Shown: one piece after another, positions 46,588 through 56,796 of the stretch | Layout of the letters: every line of letters begins with the position of its first letter | How positions within the stretch are numbered: position 1 is the stretch's first letter | Assembly: GCA_045837725.1 (NCBI GenBank) | Contig: JBEWZL010000128.1 | Span: forward strand, 1 to 56,796 | Direction: 5' to 3' | Origin: Vermamoeba vermiformis | Lineage: Eukaryota | DNA: 56,796 nucleotides | Program-made: the position numbers and the translations under genes | Notes under the pieces: model-generated | What the model was told of the DNA's origin: nothing | The model's database searches: none | Seen by the model: the letters and a program-made list of their open reading frames with translations, nothing else

Positions 46588-49246
46588 TTATTTCGCTAGC
46601 ACATCTCGTACAAGCTTTACATGTTCGAACGGAATGATATCGAATTGGCTTAAATGAACGAAGAAAGAATTGAATTCCTCCATGTTTCGTGAAGTAGTGC
46701 CGTGCTGATGCCTGTCCCAGTGATAGTGCAAGAGAGATGCATTGGCATTGCACAGCGAAGGTATGATACGTCGTGCGAGACTGGCAGCAGTGAGCGGCCA
46801 AGCGTGAGGCACAGCATGTTGAATAGTTACGTCGTCTGGATGGATCCAAATGTCTGCGAGATAGGCCTGAAAGGGATGCGTACGTTTCTGAGTTTTGCTG
46901 GTCCATTGCTTTGGCTTGTACGGCGAGTCACGCCCAAACCAAGCACCTCCCTTGCAGAAGGTGTGTACTGCAAAGTTGTCGTCGTAAGTGTCTTGGTACC
47001 ACAGTGATTTGATCACGGGCATAAGAATTAAGTTCAATAGTCTGCGCGTGAACTGATGAATGAGTCCAATTGGTGACTTCTTTCTTTGCTTTTTTGATAG
47101 CTGCAGTCTAAATGGACTTGGGTTCGGCGTAATACTGCCCCACATATTGCCCGTGAAATTCCATTCGTGGCCTCTAACAACGTACTTCGCATTGCCCTCT
47201 GCGCGTTCAATGCGACTCCGAAACTGTTGATAGTCAGGCACTGCAATATCTAGCGGCTGAATTAACTTGTCGCTGAAAGATTGAACGAGCTTCATGAAGT
47301 CGGAAACTTCATTGTGTTTCACATTCAAAGCTCGAAAAAGTGCAGAACTTTGGCTATTGATTGTGGCATCCACGTCGAATAAACATTGTTGTTGAATATT
47401 AATCGTTCTATTCCATTGAAATTCATGAAAGAATCGTGGCCTCGGCAAGTTTTGTGTAAGATTAGTCGCCGATTCAGCCGTATTTGCTGCAATAATATCT
47501 TTGACCATTGATCGTGCACTACTAATCGCCTCTTCAATAGTTGTAACATGAAACCAATCAAACACGTGAGAAATATAATCCATGGGACCTCCCGCGTAAT
47601 ATGATTTCCAAATAAATATGCCACTGATCGAGTTCTCTCCAACCAACCGAAATATCACGTGATAGATCACGTAGTCGTCAACGTACAAACAGAAATTGAT
47701 GACTGTGTAGGGTTCGCTGATCCATTTGCTAACTTTTTGTGTACCAACGCAGTAATTTGGACCAACGGACTTGAAGTGCCAGAGAAGAGTTGCTAGCTCA
47801 GGGTACGTTTTGTAGAGCTCATCTATGAAGTCGCGATGAAATTTCAAGTACGCCCGGTCATTGTTCTTTCGTTTTAGTGCTGCCGATGTCCAGTACCAGG
47901 CACGCGTGATGTACTCCCAAAATGTCGTTGATACGGTAGCGCTCTTATTGTCATATAAATAAGCTCCATAAGTCTTGTCCGAAATTTCCAACAGTTCGCT
48001 GGGAACGCACAGCGCTTGCGAGCAATAAAAAGTGCGCCAGAATGAGCTGCTGCCGATAAATTTGCAAAAATACGAGCTCGTTGTTCTAAACGTGAGAATT
48101 GCTGGCAGATCCGTCAAGTTCAAAATTGATTGAAGGATCTCGGTAGGCATGTCTGCCAAGTAATTGAATCCTCCATCGCTTTCATGCCAACAGTGGCTGA
48201 TTTCAGGGACTAAATTGACTGCAATAGATTTTTCTCGGCTCAGTGCCTTTTGTTCTCGATTTCTTGCGGTGCACGTCAATCGCATGTTAGCGAAATATTC
48301 GAGCGTTGTATTCTCGTCCAACATTTCTTCCAAAATGCGTGGCTCGGCAGCAAAATCTGGCGGCTAATTAATAATGCATATAAAGATACGTGTTATGCAA
48401 GAAACATACTTCCTAAAGGCAGATCTACTTTTCTCATTGGCATTTTTGCGATGTAGCTGATCCATTCGAGAAGCAAATCGTCCGGCGTCTCCGAATCCTC
48501 TGACCGTGATATTAGCTTCTATGAGCGATAATTCAAATTTATATGTACCTCCAATTCGCAGAACATGGAGCTCGATGCAATGGATTTTTAATGTCGATAA
48601 TAATGTTCGTTGCAGGTTTGCATCAAGAGAGAAATCTAAAACCAACTTCTTTATGTCCGTATAAGCCACCAATAATTCATTGATTTGACTGAGCAGTCGA
48701 GCGCTATCCTCTGGTGAGAAACTGCCGCCTCGGATGCCGAATCCTTCGAGCTTAATGTTTCGTACTATTAGAGCATTGATAACTCGTACTAATGGTTCGA
48801 TAATATCGGATGGTAGATCCGTATGGTACGGGTAACGAATGTAAAGGTGTGATAAGGAGCTGTTACGCAGAAGGTTCTCACACAACAGATCGAGTAACTC
48901 TGTTTGTTGGGCAGGATTCAATTTATCTGAAATTTCTATAGTGGCATTAATAGATATTACTAAGATTTTTTTTTTTTATGCGCACATACCTAGCTCTAAA
49001 TATTGAACATTGTCCGATTTGGCCAATCCGTCAATTAACTTAAAATTATGGTTGAAGCTGGGCCAGCCCTGCACTGTTTGAGAGCACTATATTAATACGA
49101 TAAATATTCTAATAATGATTAAAAAATTAAATAAAATTACCATTTGTTTTCCATTTCGTTCGTGTATTAATGTAATAATCAGCTAATGCTTCATCATTGA
49201 CCGTGACTTTGTCAAAGTCTATCCAGCCGTAGGTGCCAAACTCCAT
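46588..49246 (-). CDS. RNI-like LRR / central F-box / large unknown C-terminal domain protein
   Basis: LRR-like LCENLLRNSSLSHLYI and LEEMLDENTTLEYF...RN. F-box LADMPTEILQSILNLTDLPAILTFRTTSSYFCKFIGSSSFWR. Upstream exons can be spliced in frame into the 581-codon terminal ORF. Confidence 0.7.
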
Positions 49247-49415
49247 GGTAGCGTTGTCGGTAAACAGAAATAATCGAGATCGATCCAAGAAAGCCCAACC
49301 CAAAATCTTGAAGGAGGCAATTCCACCAATAATCCAAGAATTAAATACCTACGTCATATAACTCGAGCGTGTTGGTTCTCAACCGTTTATTTACACAAAA
49401 GAAATTGAGTTCTTT

Positions 49416-52400
49416 CTAAAACACTTCCTTTCTGAAATAGAATTGCGTCCCTGAAGTTTTGCTGTGCTTTCGGCAATGAACCTGAAGGGATTTGGCTAAC
49501 GCACTTGGCCCGCAGAAGAATACACCAATGTCTACAAAAATATTTGGATCAGATCGGTTTAATTTTGGGTAATTTATAACTTACTTTCGTTTGGATAGAG
49601 TTCCTGCATATAGTTGAAAATAATATCGAACTTTGGTCTGCCCCAATAAGTCTTTGATTTCAGACCAGTAACGATGTCTTTCGACTGCTTGTTGTACTCT
49701 TGTTCGAGGCCGTAATGCAGCAGTGTGGATCTCAAATCGTTTTTGTTGAACGTGCTCGTCAAGAACGTGTTGACTTCCAAGAAATCACTCGCGTTTTGTT
49801 TCTGCAAGTCACTCAGCAGCTCGCCAAACCATTGGAAGGAATCTTGTTCGCGTGTGATCCAATAAAAATGGACTTTTTTCAACTTGAGCTCGTTTTCTGT
49901 GTCGTTCTCGAGTCTGTACCGAATGTGTTTTAAGATTGATGCGAACGGCGTAACGCCTAAAAGTGCATAGTTAGGTATGACCGGTAACGTGTGCTAACAA
50001 TCTTACCAATGCCAGTGCCGATCAACATCACGTGCTCGTAATCAAACACGTGCTCACTAGCCGAGCCAAACGGTCCGTCAACATAGAGCCGTGGTGTCTT
50101 CTTCTCCTTAGTGCAGTAATCGTACAGCTTCTTGGTCCAATTGCCGAGGGACTGCAACATGTTAGAGCTATTAGCTACGATATTGAAAGCTTACTCTAAT
50201 GTGCACGGAGATGTAGGGCTCTTCAGGGCAAGAAGTCAGAGTGAACGGGTGCCACTCGAACTTGGACAGATCGGGACTGTTCAAGAAAATGTATTGACCT
50301 GACTTGTACTTCCAAGTGTCCGTGGGCTTGCTCATGTGTAAGCGGAGCACTTTAGCGGGCAGTGGCGTTGCCTGCAGATAATTATTAGTTCTAGCCAGCA
50401 CGAGCACGAGGTTCGCTCACCGATTCTAGGGTGACTCTCTGCTTAGCACGCACAATTCGAATGATTCTTTCCACGAGATAAATAGTGCCGAAGAACACGA
50501 ACCACTTGTAGTACTCTGGAGGCTGAAGCACTGCACCAGTACCTGCAATAATGTTAACTATTGGAGCACTCTTGTCTTGTTTTCATACCGTGTGCAATCA
50601 GCAGGGCGTAAAATACGATGAACAAGTGGTGCGTGTACCAAAATCGTTCGAAGTTCTCTGCACGATATTTTCTGATGGCACAGACGTACATAATGATCAT
50701 GACGCAAATCAAAATGTGGCCAGTGATGCCTGCAATCTTCGCGTACGTGATTTGCCAGAACTCGAGACCAGCGTATTGTGGCACGACCGGTGCAACAACC
50801 TCTGCTGGTGCTGCAGCCGCACGTGCATTGGTGATGTAGTGTGCGACACTGCACGTTGTATTAGCGCTGTAAGGGCAAGATACGGACACTTACACATGAC
50901 CTATAGTGGCGCCTATGATCACATAAGCGATGCAACGATGGAACAGAATGTTTTTATCGAGGGGCACAATGTCTTTGACCCACGTCGACCGTAGCCTAAT
51001 TGCGCTAATTAATGTGTGTCGGTGGGTAATATTAATAAGACGTACGCAGTTAAAAAGTTCCTGCAGACCATCAGCAGTAGAAGGCACGTGTCAATTATAA
51101 GCACATGTGCAAAGCCTCGAGAGATAGGCACACTCCAGCCAATAGTTTGAACTAACTCGTTGCGTTGAATATAAATAACTACGCGTAACGTTAGTTAAAT
51201 AAGAGGTAAGTCAAAATCAAATCCGCGCCAAAATATCATTTGTCTGTTGCTTACTTAAAAACTTCCACAGGAAGAACCCAATATTTAACAAAATGAAGAA
51301 TAGAATAGCTGTAAAGTTGGGCCATTCTGTTTTGAAGTAAGAACGCACAGCCCGCTAAAAAGATCAAGGTTAGTAAAACAGAGATCTTTAAAATGATATT
51401 TATACCGATAATTACCAAAGGCGCAATTGGATAAATTTATATACATTTTAGAAAATTTTAATTAATATTATTCAACGATGTAACTTACGCATCCAGTTCG
51501 TTTTCTTTTCTTGATCGCAGGTTGTTTGTAGTACTGCGGATAATAATTCTCGTCTTCATCCTCAGCTCTATATCTTTTAGGCAATCGATGTTTCTTCTTT
51601 TTCTGTTGAGCTCCGTTCTCTTCGTTCTGTTCTGGATTTTTGTTTGGCACGTCTATGACGACTTCTTGCCTGCGATCCAACGAGTGTCGAGCCTGATGAT
51701 GCGAGGTAAGTACACCGATCGATAACTATAGAAATTGTGATAGCATACTGATTCAATGGAAGCACGTCGCTGATCAATTCTTTCGACCAAATCGTTCATA
51801 TTCGCGTCTTTCGTATTATCTTTTGAAATTGTCATCTCGCCAACATTTTTGCTTCCCAAATAACCTGTTAAAGTGCATTAATATATGATTAGCTTTCTAG
51901 CAAGAGGTAGTCGTACCAAGCATGGCAGTCTTGAACTCTTCGTAACTAATAGATTTATCTTGATTGGTGTCCATCTTATCGAATACATTCTTAATAACTT
52001 GTTCGATCTGTTCTTCATCTAATTTTAAATCGTTTTCGACCAGACTGGCGCGAATAATGTGATTGATGTTGTCGTAAGTTAACACTCCGTTATTATCGGT
52101 GTCGTACAGCTTGAAGGCAACTAAGTAAGGGTTAGATAAAATGATTAGTGAGATTAATATTACGCACATAATATCTTCTTTTCAATGTCATCTTTTGGGT
52201 TCAACATCTCGAGCCACAAAAGAAAGTCCTTCAAGTTCACTGCTTCGACTTCTTCATCGTACGACACCGAGTCAGACGAGTTGCTACGCGATCTGCTTTC
52301 TGTACATGTACTAATTAGGCAATGCTGTCTCACTTATGCAACCAGGAATTTCGCGTGGTAAATTGATGGGTTCGAATTCTTCGTTAAATTTCAGCGTTTT

Positions 52401-53636
52401 TCGTGTGGCGTTGAAATTAATGATAAACTGAATCAAATTAACTTACGCATCGTTGTTTCTTTCGCTGGCTTGCCTTCTGAAGCCTTGGACTTCGAGGAGC
52501 GTGACTCATCCAAACTTCTGCGACCTGAGAAGATGTTCTCTCGCTCTGGCGATCTCGTTTCATCCATGCTCAACCTTTCTCTGATAGGTTCTTCACGAGT
52601 GGGTCTTTGGTTAGTGTTGCTTTGTCCCGCGCTTGGATGATCCTTGTTCGCGTCCGCAGTAGCCACGAAAGACGAGACTTTAAGTTTATTTTTGCCAACA
52701 TGGACACTAATAGTCAAGTAAGTCAACAAATAATTAGAAATATTTGAGCGTACCGAAATATTGCGGGCTGTTTAAAGAGATCGAACAAGCGATCGACGTA
52801 GAAGTTGTTTTTTAATCCAAAGAATTTCTTAAAGCCTTCTTTGTCAACCCATTCTTCAGTAATGCCAGCGTCGACAGCTTTTTGATAATTTTCTAGAACA
52901 TTTTCCACGGATTCAGGAGAGGCTACAAATTTTTTATTGTTAAAACATTTAAATTATTGTCAAATCATTTTTTTATTACCTCCTTGACTTTCATAAAACG
53001 CAATTAGCTCTTGTCTTTTGTCATAGACCTTTCGGTTGGGAGGCTTGCTATTTTTTCGTTTTTTTTCCATGATCTGCGCTGTGGTGGTGAAGCGTAGTTC
53101 TACAACAAAGTAATTTCCATTCAGTTTTTTAAGCGCGAGCCATACGTTATTTATTCCTTTTTTAATCACCACACGTGTTTTGGCGTTGTACTAAAATGGC
53201 AAAAAATCTCTCGCACGTGCCTTTTTGCTGTCTGATTTCAGAATTAGTAAGTGAGTACGTAAAGTCAAATAACAGAAACGCAGATCAACGTAAAGATAGT
53301 CATTTATTGCGCATCAGAGCGTCAATTAATTGGCCAAGAGATCTCCGAGTCTTCTTACGATTGCTCGTCGTCGAGTTGTCCAGAGCGAGCGTAATGTTCT
53401 TCTTTGGGCACCTCATTGTGCGTAAACGCGTCGGCAAGTTCTTGGGGATCTACGTCCGTATCTGAATTTTCGGTAAATATCGAAAAATTATTTATAAATC
53501 TACAATGCAAGCTACGCACCTAATACGCCTCCCCAATTTGCTTTGCCATTTCCACTTTTCTTTACTTCACCAATCGGTCTTCCATTTCTCGAGACATGAC
53601 GATCCATTTCTTTCTTCGTTTGCTTTCCCGGGACAT
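49416..53636 (-). CDS. EF-hand (Ca2+-regulated) NADPH oxidase, NOX5/RBOH/NoxC-like; 5' exons uncertain
   Basis: EF hands DTDNNGVLTYDN and DTNQDKSISYEE. Heme His pairs FHRCIAYVIIGATIGH and FWYTHHLFIVFYALLIAHG. FAD motif EWHPFTLTS; NADPH motifs DGPFG, GTGIG|VTPF, FYWITRE, WGRP, VFFCGP; ends FRKEVF. Confidence 0.92.
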
Positions 53637-53986
53637 GAGGGTTCGGATTTTTCTTATCTTAAATTAAAAAAACCTTAGTAATTGGTATACACTTGCACGC
53701 AAATAGTAAACCCTTACGGTGAGTATTTTCTTTGGCAAAGTCAGGTTCCGCTTGCATTTTTGTCGAGCAAATATACGCGCTTATGTTGTTGTTTCAAGTT
53801 TAGATTACAATTGTATTGATGTTCTGATTTTAAGATTGAGCTACAGAGTTTTATCAAGAATTTGATCGAAATTCATACATTTTTTGAAGTAATCGTGTTT
53901 GGATGATGATGATCTGATTGAATCCATGGCTTTAAACGGATCAATAATGTTATTTATTTACAAAATAAATTAAAAATCAGGCGATC

Positions 53987-55485
53987 TTACTCTGCATTAA
54001 CGAGAAGAGCAGAAAACCATTCGCTAATTACACGATCGATCCAGACAGGTTTCGTAGGCCATAATCCGTCGCTGAAACTGACATGACCGCCTTTGTTCGT
54101 CACTGCAATTACCAAGTTTGGATTATTTGTGTGCTTGGGAATGGCTTCAGGATCAATCAAAGGATCGTCGATCGCGTTGACAAGTAATGTTGGGATCGAA
54201 ATATGATCTAAGCGCTGATGGCAACACGCGTCACGGTAATAATGATCTGGCGTCTCGTAGCCGTACAGCTTGCACGTGACATGCTCGTCAAATTGTCTCA
54301 TTTTCCGCAGCTATAAATTGTGCACGTGTCAGATCAACTCCACAGCAATATTATGTTGAAATTACTTACCGAGACTACTTTTTCAAATTCAATGTCAAAG
54401 TGTTGACTCAAAATGTGTCTCTGACGCGTTATAGTTCGAATACTATCACGCGTCAATTTGATGTCGTAGAAGGGCTTCTTTGGCACGATTACTGCTGACT
54501 TTTCGAATTCATACGGATTAGACACGGAAACTGCACCCGAGAGCGGTGTATTTAAGCCTTCTTCGCCCAGGTATTTGACCTGTAAGGTGCATTAGATAGT
54601 GCACTTTTAGGGATTGCGTTGTGCGATGCGGAACTCACTAATAGCTGACTTCCTAACGAAAAACCTGCTGCAAATATCTTGTTCTCAGGGTATTTATCTC
54701 GCAGCCAATTAATCACGTGACGCACATCGTCGGTGTGAGCGGCATTGTAAAGTCTTGGCGTCTAGGCAGAAAATTGATGAGCAAACGCCAATTGCAAATC
54801 TTTTTTGGTGGAGGATCATGTTAGATATCGTTATATTTACGGTACCTTTAGTTCCAACCCGTTTGTGCCTCGGTAAGTAAAAGCAGCGCATTGAACTGGC
54901 ACCTTCAACTGCTGATGCAAGTTAATGGCACATTGGCAAATATATCCCGAGTTCGAATGACCGTTCAATCCTATGATATTTTGATGGGTGAGAAAACTCC
55001 GCATTGGGGAAACGAGATCTTACCTGGAAAGAATATTACGATAGCAGTGTTGGAATCCATTGGTCGCTCAGACAAAATGTACCAATCAACTCCTACTATT
55101 CCTCCATCGTGTAAATCAACAATCTCTCTGCCGGCAAAATTATAAAATGTCCGAGAAAGTGGGAATTCGAAAGATATTACCGTTTCTTGCGTAAATTCAT
55201 ATCGGGTCGTAGAATAGACCCAATAATTGTCATGATGTGACTGTTGTGCGCCCATATAGTCGGTTTATAATAAGTGAGAAGGGTTTTGCACTGGGATCCC
55301 AAAATGAAAATTAGTTTATTAGCTTTAGCGAAGTCTAATTTACTTACTGCTTGCAAATAGCGAAGGTTTTTATTAGTTTCTAAATATATAAGCTTCGGGC
55401 GCTTGATAACCCGCAAATAATAATCCAGAATGTAGATGGCGACAAAAAAGAATGAAAAGCGTCTTAGCGTTCTAAACCAACTCAT
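53987..55485 (-). CDS. ABHD1/3 (YheT-like) alpha/beta hydrolase
   Basis: N-terminal hydrophobic anchor; DGGIVGVDW; nucleophile AGFSLGS; IPTLLVNAIDDP; GGHVSF. Confidence 0.88.
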
Positions 55486-55769
55486 TCTCGAGTTAATAGT
55501 CAACTAACATACATAAATAACGAGTTGTGGCCGCTGGTGTTCGGTCGGGTTAACAACTGAAAATGATTTTCGGGTCTCAACAAAACATTTGGGCGAGATC
55601 GCGATCAGAACAGCTCAAATCTGCACAACCGTGTAATTGAATAAGCTAAGTTGTTTAAAATTTGCTTTCTAATTCTATTAGACGCTGATCGTCTAATATG
55701 AGCATGTAAAAGCCGGGTTTTTTCCAAGCAGATATTTTTAGTGTTTCTTTTCATGAGCCAACAAAGCAA

Positions 55770-56796
55770 ATGTTGACTAAGAACAGCTTATTAGTTGCGT
55801 TGTACATTTGTTTGCTAAACGCAGTTTTTGCAAGCAAAGGATCTGGTAAGTACCACAGCCTGTCAAAAAATCTTTGCTCATCTGCTCTTTTAATCCTGAA
55901 AATAGCGTGAATATTAATTAAATAATTATGTATTATTTTCTGACTGTTGATTATTAGAATTGTTGCATAACAATCGTCCGCCAGTCAACGAAAGAAAATT
56001 TATTAGCACCGCAATAGAAACAGTTATTAATCAGGTAAAGCTATCTATAATCTTACGTTATTACTCCGTACTTAATTATTTGCGCTAGACCTCGTCGAAG
56101 ATGGTCGATCCATACTTAGCGTTCTTGTTTGGGAATTGCTACCCCAATACTCTGGACACAACAGTTGAATATAGCGTTGATCCTAAGACCAATCGCCCAG
56201 ACACGTGCGTTTCAGCATTAAATTTAGATGTCGAGCTCACGTTAGATCAGATTTGTTATTACCGGTGACATTCCCGCAATGTGGCTGCGAGACTCCTCCG
56301 CACAGGTGTTACCTTATGTGCCTTATGCCAATCAAGACCCACACTTACAGGTGAGACTAGCGCAGCGTGTGCTGAAGAGCTAACTTAATTTTAGAACATG
56401 TTGCGCGGTGTGATTAATCGTCAAGTACGCTCGGTCAATATCGATGTTTATGCCAATGCATTCAATTTTAATGAAAGCACTGCCGGCCACTTGGTAAGAG
56501 TTATCATTTGAATGCTGCCAATTCTAACTGTGTCGCAGGATGATCACCGAATTCCACCGATGACTCCGAAGTTATGGGAAGGAAAATACGAACTGGATAG
56601 CTTGGCTTGGGTAAGTATAGATTCCTAAGCATAATAGTCATGTCTAATGTTTTTATAGATGTTGCGATTATCAGCTGAGTATTACGAAGTGACTCGGGAC
56701 AGCTCAATGTGTTCAGATCCAGAGTGGAAAAAAGCTTTGTGGAGAATTATTGAGGCACGTAATAGATATTACTAGGAGTGTATAAGCTAATTTTAT
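55770..56796 (+). CDS. Glycoside hydrolase family 125 (exo-alpha-1,6-mannosidase-like), secreted; truncated by window end
   Basis: Signal-peptide-like [71 protein letters not shown]. Confidence 0.9.

Noticed and set aside
56755..56760. Possible GC-AG intron donor (GAG|gcacgt)
   Set aside because: A GT donor lies 4 nt downstream and the acceptor is outside the window, so it cannot be resolved.
1..56796. CRISPR arrays, tRNA/rRNA genes, transposase or reverse transcriptase ORFs, prokaryotic operons
   Set aside because: None recognised by eye; the gene structure is spliceosomal-intron eukaryotic throughout.

Overview
Intron-rich, AT-rich, gene-dense eukaryotic DNA with short GT-AG introns (GTAAGT/GTACGT donors, CTAAY-like branch points) and the standard genetic code. 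A free-living amoeba-like protist is plausible, but that is inference. Manual splicing gives about 21 protein-coding genes; exon boundaries are hand-derived and approximate. Recognisable genes: RalGAP-beta-like, PPP4R1-like HEAT protein, EF-hand NADPH oxidase, ABHD1/3-like hydrolase, GH125 mannosidase, mitochondrial acyl-CoA synthetase, a TPR protein, a secreted MACPF pore-former and a large type-I surface protein. The main unusual feature is ubiquitin-system density: seven F-box genes with different partner domains (including a degenerate AAA+ module, ankyrin-F-box-WD40 and LRR-F-box-unknown domain), plus two ubiquitin-like genes, one carrying an internal ubiquitin that ends LRLRGQ. Six of these form an uninterrupted run at 18.7-35.6 kb that ends at the MACPF gene. 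No rRNA, tRNA, CRISPR array or mobile element was recognised.
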